Both the position numbers and the translations under genes were made by a program. Under the pieces are notes generated by a model, which saw nothing but the letters and a program-made list of their open reading frames with translations, made no database searches and was not told the origin of the DNA. From Bacteroidota bacterium (GTDB lineage Bacteria > Bacteroidota > Bacteroidia > NORP154), in the NCBI GenBank assembly GCA_022572355.1, contig JACZWC010000010.1, positions 16,851-80,850 on the forward strand: a stretch of 64,000 nucleotides of DNA. Reading direction: 5' to 3'. Below are positions 8,333 to 16,510 of the stretch, piece by piece. Within the stretch, counting starts at the first letter, position 1, and the number at the start of each line of letters is the position of its first letter.

Positions 8333-9175
8333 ATGAGGCTTATTGCCGATAGCGGATCCACGTCTACAGATTGGCATTTGATCACTTCTGATGGCCAGGT
8401 TGAGGAATACAACACCATTGGTTTGAACCCATATTTTGTGTCGCAGGCAGAACTCGAAAAGGCTGTTGAAAGTGAATTGAATTCGAAATTCGATTTTGGG
8501 GCTGTTGACGAAGTTTTCTTTTATGGAGCAGGATGTTCCAGCGATGAAAAATGTGCGCAAGTTGAGGCTGGACTTTCCTCCCTGTTTTCCAATGCAAAGA
8601 TTGAAGTGAATCATGATTTGATGGGTGCCGCCCGGGCAGCTTTGGGTAAAAAGAGCGGTATAGTTGCCATTCTCGGAACCGGATCCAACTCAGCTCTCTA
8701 CAACGGACAAGAAATAGTGAAGAATATTCCATCCCTCGGATTTATACTGGGAGATGAAGGCAGTGGTGCACACATGGGTAAGAAGCTGCTGAAAGCGTAT
8801 ATGGCAGGGAAACTTAGCGATGCTATTAGTCAGAAGCTAAAGGGCGAATATGATCTTTCCAGGGAGAACATCCTGGATTCACTATACAGCCAACCCCGGC
8901 CCAACACATATTTAGCATCCTTTGCGAAGTTTGTGGGTGTGAATCGTGCAGACTCCCAGATTGACAAAATCGCCAGATCATCGATTAATAACTTCTTCGA
9001 AAGGTATATTTGTCAATACCAGGGGCATGAAAAACAAACCCTGGGATTTGCAGGGTCAATCGCCCATCATTTTTCTGATATTATAAATGATATTGCAAAT
9101 GAAAAAGGGATAGAATTGGGAAAGATTGTTGTCAAGCCCATCGGTGAGTTGGTTAAGTATCACCGGTATAAGTAA
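8333..9175 (+). CDS. BadF/BadG/BcrA/BcrD-type ATPase, N-acetylglucosamine kinase-like
   Basis: N-terminal LIADSGSTSTDW phosphate-1 motif, then YGAGC and ILGTGSNS ASKHA-fold motifs. The 280 aa length fits. Confidence 0.6.
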   Translation: MRLIADSGSTSTDWHLITSDGQVEEYNTIGLNPYFVSQAELEKAVESELNSKFDFGAVDEVFFYGAGCSSDEKCAQVEAGLSSLFSNAKIEVNHDLMGAARAALGKKSGIVAILGTGSNSALYNGQEIVKNIPSLGFILGDEGSGAHMGKKLLKAYMAGKLSDAISQKLKGEYDLSRENILDSLYSQPRPNTYLASFAKFVGVNRADSQIDKIARSSINNFFERYICQYQGHEKQTLGFAGSIAHHFSDIINDIANEKGIELGKIVVKPIGELVKYHRYK

Positions 9176-9313
9176 CAATGAATAAAAGATTCCGTGGTAA
9201 AATGGACTGACTATAAAAACCGGACTATTCAATATGTATCATTCCCTTCATCAAATTGATATTCCATATTATAAACAACGATGAGGATTGAACTAAGGAG
9301 AGGGCAGACTAAA

Positions 9314-9332
9314 CCCGGATTACAAATCCGGG
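9314..9332. terminator. Perfect 8-bp stem / 3-nt loop hairpin (cccggatt aca aatccggg), possible bidirectional terminator
   Basis: Lies between the 3' end of the + kinase gene (9175) and the 3' end of the minus-strand small ORF (9412). There is no clear U-tract. Confidence 0.35.
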
Positions 9333-9411
9333 AGAGCAGAAATATTAATTTTGATTGCTGGCCAACAATAAAATTGCCGTCGCGCTTCAAACCCTTGTTA
9401 AGGCCAGCACT

Positions 9412-9573
9412 TCACCGACCAATTGTTTTGAGTTTGCTCTCCTTAATGCGAGTTTCAATATACTTCTTCAACTCATCAAAAGTCATATTCTGAGTTTCGG
9501 TACTTATTTGTTCCCGAATTCTTCGCATCATATTTACTGCGTCAAAAGTTTTGGTTTTCTTGTTAGTCTGCAT
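9412..9573 (-). CDS. Small hypothetical protein (53 aa, below ORF-track cutoff)
   Basis: My translation gives ATG 9573 ... TGA 9412: MQTNKKTKTFDAVNMMRRIREQISTETQNMTFDELKKYIETRIKESKLKTIGR. It is helical and charged, like the small antitoxin-like or accessory proteins common in Bacteroidota. No partner gene is intact upstream. Confidence 0.3.
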   Translation of the reverse strand: MQTNKKTKTFDAVNMMRRIREQISTETQNMTFDELKKYIETRIKESKLKTIGR

Positions 9574-9861
9574 AGTAAATTAGTTCGAGTGGACTTCTTA
9601 CTTCAATTAGAGGATATCCCATTCGTAAATTTACAGAATTAAATCCTTTAATCTTGTCAAGGTTTACAATATGTTTGAAATTCCAACTTGCAAGGCAAAC
9701 CGAATATTCATTATCCAATCGTTTTCATTTCCCTTGAAACCAATACAACATCTAAAATCCTCCGCGTCAGAAGCGGATGCTTCGGACAGCATTTTGGTTG
9801 AACTACCAAGCGCGAAGTACCCTTCACAATTTAACAAATAATTCCTACTTCTCTAAGTATC

Positions 9862-9886
9862 AGCCACTTCATCATTCTCAGTTCGA
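9862..9886. repeat. Left copy of 25-bp perfect inverted repeat flanking trkH (agccacttcatcattctcagttcga)
   Basis: Exact reverse complement of 11843-11867. Imperfect similarity continues inward to ~9917 (tgttc words, aaacaaat end). Confidence 0.9.
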
Positions 9887-9963
9887 TTGTTCGATTGTTC
9901 TGCTGTTCAAAACAAATTGCAGAAATCTATGCCATTAGAAGCTTAACCTCGGAATGTACCGAT

Positions 9964-11790
9964 CTATCCCATCATGGCATGTCCGTCAGGAAGCTTGTAT
10001 TCCGAGCTGCTTGCTTTTCTGCCAAAGGAGAAAGCAATTAGAAGCGTTCCAACCCTGCCAACGAATATTGAAAGGAGAATGATGATTCTACCGGCATAAG
10101 AAAGCTCTGATGTTATACCCATAGAATGTCCTACAGTTCCCACGGCCGAGACCTCTTCAAAGATAAGATCCATCATTGTGCGATTATCCTGGGCAAGAAT
10201 ATGAGCTTCGGTGATCGATAAAAGAGCTATACCGATGATGTTTACAGCGATGAAGAACATGAGTACGGCAAGTGCCTTTCCTATCAGGGTGTTGGCAATA
10301 GAGTGGTTGAATAGCTCCGCGTGTTTTTTCCCGGTAATTGTGGAGATAACCGAGGCATAGAGTAGTGCAAAGGTAGATATCTTAATTCCCCCGGCAGTCG
10401 AAGTTGATGAACCGCCAATAAACATAAGGAACAGGAACATGATCAAAACCGGTAGGGAAAGGGTATTAAAATCAACTGTGGAGAAACCCGAGGTTCTGGA
10501 CACCGATTGAAATATTGAAGTGAAAATTGCAGCGATAGTGTTGTGTTCAGAAAGCGCATTGTCTTTTTCGAGTATATAAAAAACGAGCGCACCCAGAACC
10601 ACTAATGCGCAGGAGAAGTAAAGGGAAACCTTAGTTCCAAACGACAGTTTTTTCCATGATGATCTGCCCCTTTCCTTCAGACTCTCAAAGGAAAAAAGAT
10701 CCAGAATTGCCATAAAGCTCAGCGCACCAAAAAACACGAGCAGTGTTATCCATACATGGATCATGTAATTGTATCGAACCGCCTCGTTGTATATTCCATC
10801 TGTGAAGAGCGTGAATCCGGCATTGTTAAATGCTGAAAAAGCATGAAAGACCGAGCTGAATATTTTTTCGCTATTGCTGGCGAATGCTATTCCTTCATCC
10901 CAGCTGAAGTACATCAGGATTGATCCGGTTAGCTCAATGGCCAGGCTCCAGATGATAATGTTGGCAAACAAACCTTTAGAACTCAATACGGAGCCCTTGT
11001 GTACGAAGTCTTCAATTATCGAGTGTTTCGCAATGCCGACACCAAAATTTGATATCAAGGCAAAAAATACACTAAAGCAAACGATGAATAAACCGCCCAG
11101 CTTAATCAGCGCCATGATTACCACAAGTCCCTTTGTGGTAAAGTAGGTGGGCGTATCCACCACAATAAGTCCTGTAACGCATGTGGCACTTGTGGATGTA
11201 AACAATGCATCAATGAATGGCATGCGCCCGGCCATGGTAGTCATTTCAGGGAGGCTCAATAGCACTGTGCCTGCAAGAATGAGAATTACAAAGGACAGTA
11301 TGAAAATTACAGCGGGATTAATTTTGAGCCGGGGAATGAAAGCGCCGATTTTGGCAATTTCAAATGCGGTTATTATGAGAATATAAATTTGAATAAATAC
11401 AAGATAAAAGTGGGTAAATGACTGCACGCCGAGCTGCTTGAAAATGGCACCTTCCAGTGTGATCCCTAGAAAGATGTCCCCCAGGCCGTCTATCATCAGC
11501 ACTAGCATAAGAAGTCCTTCAAACCAGGCTTCTTTTATGAAAATCCAGGGTTCAAACGAATAGAATAGACGAACGAGATAACGGGAAACATAAAAGAAAA
11601 AACTGATCTTGATGATCGACAATAAATTCGCCTTGGTTGCAGCATCGATTGGGAAACCATAAAAGTAGGCCAGCGTAATTATTGAAGCAATAGAAACTGC
11701 AAAACTCAGAACTCTCAGTACAAGGATTGCTTTATCCTTGCTATCGTAAATGGCAAGATTGATATTTTCCCTGATGTTCTGAAAGGACAT
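9964..11790 (-). CDS. trkH: TrkH-family K+ uptake transporter (long 608-aa form)
   Basis: Many hydrophobic segments plus the recurrent pore-loop signatures of the TrkH/KtrB family (TSATCVTGL, SAFNNAGFTLF, SVSRTSGFSTVD, GGSSTSTAGGIKISTF, VSAVGTVGHSMG). No trkA is adjacent. Confidence 0.85.
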   Translation of the reverse strand: MSFQNIRENINLAIYDSKDKAILVLRVLSFAVSIASIITLAYFYGFPIDAATKANLLSIIKISFFFYVSRYLVRLFYSFEPWIFIKEAWFEGLLMLVLMIDGLGDIFLGITLEGAIFKQLGVQSFTHFYLVFIQIYILIITAFEIAKIGAFIPRLKINPAVIFILSFVILILAGTVLLSLPEMTTMAGRMPFIDALFTSTSATCVTGLIVVDTPTYFTTKGLVVIMALIKLGGLFIVCFSVFFALISNFGVGIAKHSIIEDFVHKGSVLSSKGLFANIIIWSLAIELTGSILMYFSWDEGIAFASNSEKIFSSVFHAFSAFNNAGFTLFTDGIYNEAVRYNYMIHVWITLLVFFGALSFMAILDLFSFESLKERGRSSWKKLSFGTKVSLYFSCALVVLGALVFYILEKDNALSEHNTIAAIFTSIFQSVSRTSGFSTVDFNTLSLPVLIMFLFLMFIGGSSTSTAGGIKISTFALLYASVISTITGKKHAELFNHSIANTLIGKALAVLMFFIAVNIIGIALLSITEAHILAQDNRTMMDLIFEEVSAVGTVGHSMGITSELSYAGRIIILLSIFVGRVGTLLIAFSFGRKASSSEYKLPDGHAMMG

Positions 11791-11842
11791 AGCTATACTT
11801 TAAGTGTGATAAAGTTTTCCATTTGTTTGAACATTAGAACAT

Positions 11843-11867
11843 TCGAACTGAGAATGATGAAGTGGCT
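11843..11867. repeat. Right copy of 25-bp perfect inverted repeat flanking trkH
   Basis: tcgaactgagaatgatgaagtggct is the reverse complement of 9862-9886. It is flanked by gaaca/tgttc words over 11829-11915. Confidence 0.9.
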
Positions 11868-12011
11868 AGTACTTCGCTGTTCTGATTTCTGTTGTTCAAA
11901 TGTTCAGATGTTCATTTGTTGGTCTTGATGAATACGGAATTTCATCCCGTTTTGCAGTAAAATTATAGATCGGAATTGTTGTAAAATATATTGAAGTAAA
12001 CCTGTTGGACA

Positions 12012-13007
12012 TCAGGCCAGTAAAGAAATTGTTTCTTTTAACAATTGTGCCTTGTCTATGGGTGCAACACCTACTTTCTCACAAACAATACCGCCGGCCA
12101 GGTTTGATATTGAAGCTAATTCCAGCGAGTTTATACCTGCCGCCAAACAAAGTGCGGCAACGCTAATCACCGTGTCTCCTGCACCCGATACATCGTTAAT
12201 ATCTCGTATATGAGCCGGCACGATTTCGTCTGTATCACCAGATTTGACATAAATACCGAGTTCTGAGAGGGTTACTAAAACACATCCAAGCTGTTGCGTG
12301 TCCTTCAACTTTTTGACTGCGTCCTTGATAGCTTTAATATTCGTGGCATCTATATCCACTTTCAATCCTTCCTTGAGTTCTTTCAGATTGGGCTTGAAGA
12401 GGTCTACTCCCGAATAATCTGAAAAGTTATTCTTTTTCGGGTCAACCGCAATTGGGATATTACTTGATTTGGCCATCGATACGACAGCCTCGATGAGTGA
12501 TTTTGATATGAGGCCCTTATCATAATCTTCAAAAATTATTACGTCAATTTTGTGATTCTCAATAGAGCTTTGTATTGATTTCAATATCGTCGCCTGGTCT
12601 TCAGCATCAATGCCTTTCACAGTTTCTTCATCTACTCTCAGCATTTGATTTCCCCCACTCAAAATTCTCGTCTTCACGGTGGTAGGGCGGTTCACACTGG
12701 TCAGAATGCCCTCTGTGCTGAGTCCACACTCATTCATTAGCTCCAGGTACACTTCTGTTCTGTCATCATCTCCAATTATAGCGTGAACAATAGGATTGGC
12801 TCCAAGCGATTGCACATTTAACGCCACGTTGGCTGCTCCACCAAGGCGGTTTTCCTTTTTATGAACTGCCAGGATAGGGACCGGCGCTTCCGGGGAGATT
12901 CTATCTACTTTACCCCACATGTAAGAATCTATCATAACATCGCCTATAACCAGGACGTTGAGATTGTTGAAACTCTCAAATGCTTTTTCTATTTCCTGTG
13001 CTGTCAA
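12012..13007 (-). CDS. PfkB-family sugar kinase, RfaE/HldE domain-I-like (D-glycero-beta-D-manno-heptose-7-phosphate kinase)
   Basis: Motifs VLVIGDVMIDSYMWGKVDRISPEAPVPIL, RLGGAANVALNVQSLGA and DVSGAGDTV. The ORF-track start is TTG. Confidence 0.7.
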   Translation of the reverse strand: MTAQEIEKAFESFNNLNVLVIGDVMIDSYMWGKVDRISPEAPVPILAVHKKENRLGGAANVALNVQSLGANPIVHAIIGDDDRTEVYLELMNECGLSTEGILTSVNRPTTVKTRILSGGNQMLRVDEETVKGIDAEDQATILKSIQSSIENHKIDVIIFEDYDKGLISKSLIEAVVSMAKSSNIPIAVDPKKNNFSDYSGVDLFKPNLKELKEGLKVDIDATNIKAIKDAVKKLKDTQQLGCVLVTLSELGIYVKSGDTDEIVPAHIRDINDVSGAGDTVISVAALCLAAGINSLELASISNLAGGIVCEKVGVAPIDKAQLLKETISLLA

Positions 13008-13014
13008 GGGGTAT

Positions 13015-14208
13015 TTATTTCAGTTTATCGAGTGCTTCTTTTATTCTTTTAACAGCTTCTTTTATCAATTCATCGCTGCAGGCGTATGATATGCGCATGT
13101 AATTAGCTTCGCCAAAAGCATCACCTGGTACCAAGGCTACACGGGCCTCATTTAAAAGATACATGGTAAGGTCAGCCGCGTTTTCGATTTTCGTTTCACC
13201 GTAGGACCGCTTGAAGTAACTGGAGATGTCTGCAAACACATAAAATGCTCCTTCGGGTACGTTTGTTTTTAACTCATTTATGTCTTTCAGGAGTTCCAAT
13301 ATCAAATCCCTTCTCTTCCTGAACGTATTTCTCATTTCTTCAGTGCATGAGGGATCCATATTTATGGCAGCCACTGCAGCTTTCTGAGAAATTGAAGAAG
13401 CTCCGGAAGTAAATTGCCCCTGGATTTTCGTGCAGGCCTTCGCAATCCAATCTGGAGCACCAATATATCCAATTCGCCAGCCGGTCATTGCAAATCCTTT
13501 TGAAACACCATTAACAGTTATTACCCGGTCTTTGACATTGTCAAATTTCGCAAGGCTATGATGTTTGCCATCGAAAACGATGTGTTCATAAATTTCATCG
13601 CAAATAATATACAGATCTTCGTGAGCCGCCACCACATCTGCAATGGCCTTTAATTCCTGTTCGGAAAATACCGACCCAGATGGATTACAAGGCGTACTGA
13701 ATATGATAAGCTTGGTTTTATCTGTAATGGCCTCCTCCAGCTGCGCCGCCGTTGTTTTAAAATCGTTTTCTATACCGGCAGATACAGGAACCGGTACTCC
13801 TTCCGCCAGTTTAACAATTTCATAATAACTTACCCAATACGGAGATGGAAGCAGCACTTCATCACCCGGATTTACCAAGGCAAGCGCTACATTGGCTATG
13901 GATTGCTTAGCACCGGTGGAAACAACAATTTCATCCGGAGAATAATCGAGGTTGTTATCGCGTTTAAATTTGTTGGAAATCGCTTCCCTTAGATCCGGGT
14001 AACCTGGAACGGGCGTATAATGTGAAAAGTTATCGTCAATGGCTTTTTTGGCAGCTTCTTTAATAAAATCGGGTGTATTGAAGTCCGGCTCGCCAATGCT
14101 TAGATTGATAACATCTATGCCTTGGGCAATGAGCTCTCGGCTCTTCCTGGTCATCGCCAAAGTCTGCGATTCACTCATTCGGTTTATCCTGTCAGACAAG
14201 CTACTCAT
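13015..14208 (-). CDS. Class I/II PLP-dependent aminotransferase (aspartate aminotransferase-like)
   Basis: 397 aa with NLSIGEPDF, PCNPSG and SKGFAMTGWRIGY (PLP-lysine region). Confidence 0.85.
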   Translation of the reverse strand: MSSLSDRINRMSESQTLAMTRKSRELIAQGIDVINLSIGEPDFNTPDFIKEAAKKAIDDNFSHYTPVPGYPDLREAISNKFKRDNNLDYSPDEIVVSTGAKQSIANVALALVNPGDEVLLPSPYWVSYYEIVKLAEGVPVPVSAGIENDFKTTAAQLEEAITDKTKLIIFSTPCNPSGSVFSEQELKAIADVVAAHEDLYIICDEIYEHIVFDGKHHSLAKFDNVKDRVITVNGVSKGFAMTGWRIGYIGAPDWIAKACTKIQGQFTSGASSISQKAAVAAINMDPSCTEEMRNTFRKRRDLILELLKDINELKTNVPEGAFYVFADISSYFKRSYGETKIENAADLTMYLLNEARVALVPGDAFGEANYMRISYACSDELIKEAVKRIKEALDKLK

Positions 14209-14330
14209 TACGGGGCAAAGCTACGAATTTATGAACCTTAAGGCGTATTAAATTTACTATCTTTGTTTAAGGTTTTTAAGAAGGTAATATTGAAAAAATT
14301 GCCATATTTACGCATCTTAAAATCACTTTT

Positions 14331-14852
14331 ATGGAAATGTTTTTTGATGTGCTAAAAGTTGTTTTACCAGCTGGAATTGTGTTTGCAACGGCGTACTTTG
14401 TTATAAAGAGTTTTCTGGATAATGAGAGCAAGAAGCGAATGCTTGATATGAGAAAACAGGGGCAAAAAGCTATTACCCCCGTAAGGTTGCAGGCGTACGA
14501 ACGAATTACCATGTTCCTGGAGCGAATATCCCCTGAACTTCTGATTAGCAGGGTGAATAAAAGTGGAATGAGCGCCAGAATGCTACAAGCGGAATTGATC
14601 GACGCCATAAGATCTGAATTTAATCATAACCTTTCCCAGCAGGTTTACATGTCTGATAGCACGTGGACGCTGGTGAAGAATTCAAAAGAAGAAATAATCA
14701 AGTTGATCAATTTGGCTTCCAGCGAAGTAAATGATGATGCGACAGGCACTGAACTCAGCAAAACAATTCTGCAGTTGGTGATGAAGATCGGAAAGCTGCC
14801 CAATCAAACTGCACTTGAATATCTCAAAAAAGAGCTCAGGCAATCGTTCTGA
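14331..14852 (+). CDS. Hypothetical protein with N-terminal TM anchor
   Basis: 173-aa ORF with a hydrophobic N-terminus (VLKVVLPAGIVFATAYFVI). It ends 18 bp before the mutase gene. No assignable motif. Confidence 0.5.
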   Translation: MEMFFDVLKVVLPAGIVFATAYFVIKSFLDNESKKRMLDMRKQGQKAITPVRLQAYERITMFLERISPELLISRVNKSGMSARMLQAELIDAIRSEFNHNLSQQVYMSDSTWTLVKNSKEEIIKLINLASSEVNDDATGTELSKTILQLVMKIGKLPNQTALEYLKKELRQSF

Positions 14853-14870
14853 TATTTTAGCAAATTTAAG

Positions 14871-16433
14871 ATGGCTGACTTAAAAAACAGAAAGGATAAA
14901 TTCCTTACCAGCTCTGGTATTGAAGTGGAAAGGGTTTATGAAAAGGCCACAGAGCGAAATGAGAAGCCCGGGGAGTTTCCTTTTACACGTGGCATTCAAA
15001 CCGACATGTACCGCAAGCGACTCTGGACCATGCGGCAGTATGCCGGTTTTTCTACCGCTGAAGAGTCTAATAAGCGCTATCACTATCTTCTCAAGAATGG
15101 AACCACCGGGCTTTCCGTAGCCTTTGATCTCCCCACACAAATAGGTTATGATTCGGATCATGAGTTGGCTGATGGCGAAGTGGGTAAATCAGGTGTGGCG
15201 ATAGATTCATTAAAAGACATCGAGACTCTCTTTGATGGCATAAAGCTCAGTGAGATAACCACCTCGATGACGATAAACTCGACTGCATCTATTCTATTGG
15301 CCATGTACATTGCAATTGCCAAAAAACAGGGAGCAGATCTCGCACAGCTATCCGGCACCATTCAGAATGACCTGCTGAAAGAGTATGCCGCCAGGGGAAC
15401 CTATATCTATCCTCCAAAGCAATCTATGCGCATTATCACAGACATTTTTGAGTACTGTACTGACGCAGTACCAAAATGGAATACTATTTCCATATCAGGC
15501 TATCACATTAGAGAAGCCGGATCAACAGCAGTACAGGAATTGGCTTTTACCTTGTCAAATGGGAAGGAATACTTAAAAGCAGCGATTGACAAGGGCCTCG
15601 ATATCAATATTTTTGCCCGCAGGCTTTCCTTCTTTTTTAACGCACATAACAATTTGTTTGAAGAGGTGGCCAAGTTCAGGGCGGCGCGCAGGATGTGGGC
15701 TCATATCACAAAAGAATTGGGTGCCACCGATCCCAAAGCACAAATGTTGAGATTTCATACGCAGACAGGGGGGTCCACTTTAACGGCCCAACAACCAAAG
15801 AATAATATTGCGCGGGTCACAATTCAGGCTTTGTCTGCTGTGTTAGGTGGTACGCAGTCTTTGCATACAAACGGATATGATGAAGCGCTTTCTCTGCCAA
15901 CGGAAGAAGCTGCACGTGTTGCGGTGCGAACCCAGCAAATATTGGCCTTTGAAAGTGGAGTTACCGATACAGTCGATCCTTTGGCGGGTTCCTATTACAT
16001 TGAGAGCCTTACGGATGAAGTGGAAAAAGCGGCTTGGAAATATATTGAGCAAATTGATGCGATGGGTGGCTCAGTGGCAGCTATCGAGGAGGGGTTTATG
16101 CAAAAGGAAATAGCTGCGGCTGCATATAAATACCAGGATGCAGTCGAGAAAAAGGAGGAGATATTGGTGGGAGTTAACAAGTTTACGGTAGAGGAGGAGG
16201 AGAGAGAGGAGATATTGAAAGTTGATGATGCAATCCGAAATACCCAAATTGAAAAGATTATTGCTCTGAAAGGAGAACGTGATAACACAAAAGTTTCACA
16301 GGCTCTTTCGAACCTGGAATCTGCCGCTAAAGGGACCGAAAACCTAATGCCGTTTATATTAGTGGCTGTTGAGAGCTACGCTACCCTTGGCGAGATAGCT
16401 GATGTAATGCGGGATGTTTTTGGGGAATATTAG
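14871..16433 (+). CDS. Methylmalonyl-CoA mutase family protein, substrate-binding barrel subunit only (no B12-binding domain)
   Basis: Contains [55 protein letters not shown] and ends at ...[16 protein letters not shown]. In fused mutases the linker and DxHxxG B12 domain follow at that point. Confidence 0.85.
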   Translation: MADLKNRKDKFLTSSGIEVERVYEKATERNEKPGEFPFTRGIQTDMYRKRLWTMRQYAGFSTAEESNKRYHYLLKNGTTGLSVAFDLPTQIGYDSDHELADGEVGKSGVAIDSLKDIETLFDGIKLSEITTSMTINSTASILLAMYIAIAKKQGADLAQLSGTIQNDLLKEYAARGTYIYPPKQSMRIITDIFEYCTDAVPKWNTISISGYHIREAGSTAVQELAFTLSNGKEYLKAAIDKGLDINIFARRLSFFFNAHNNLFEEVAKFRAARRMWAHITKELGATDPKAQMLRFHTQTGGSTLTAQQPKNNIARVTIQALSAVLGGTQSLHTNGYDEALSLPTEEAARVAVRTQQILAFESGVTDTVDPLAGSYYIESLTDEVEKAAWKYIEQIDAMGGSVAAIEEGFMQKEIAAAAYKYQDAVEKKEEILVGVNKFTVEEEEREEILKVDDAIRNTQIEKIIALKGERDNTKVSQALSNLESAAKGTENLMPFILVAVESYATLGEIADVMRDVFGEY

Positions 16434-16497
16434 TCCAGCGCTGTTAATATGCTGAATCAGCCTGTTATCAACACGCTGGACCAACAACGCGCTGGAC
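16433..16497. terminator. Inverted-repeat hairpin with duplicated 3' arm between convergent genes
   Basis: gtccagcgctgtt (16433-16445) can pair with aacacgctggac (16470-16481) or with aacgcgctggac (16486-16497). It sits between the mutase stop (16433) and the peptidase stop (16511). Confidence 0.4.
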
Positions 16498-16510
16498 GTT
16501 AAACTAACGC

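Noticed and set aside
9314-9332. Hairpin cccggatt-aca-aatccggg considered as a tRNA anticodon arm
   Set aside because: The flanking sequence cannot be folded into acceptor, D and T arms. The loop is 3 nt, or 7 nt with an implausible ACA anticodon. I found no tRNA or rRNA anywhere in the window.
9281-9642. Two overlapping + strand ORFs (9281..9493, 9355..9642) in the gap before trkH
   Set aside because: They have no recognisable motifs and odd composition. They overlap a better-looking 53-aa minus-strand ORF and a hairpin, so they are probably non-coding.
11791-12011. c-di-AMP (ydaO/kimA-type) or other riboswitch upstream of trkH
   Set aside because: Reading the 220-nt leader on the minus strand shows none of the conserved purine-rich/ACGGGG-type cores I remember. 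It shows only the gaaca/tgttc word repeats.
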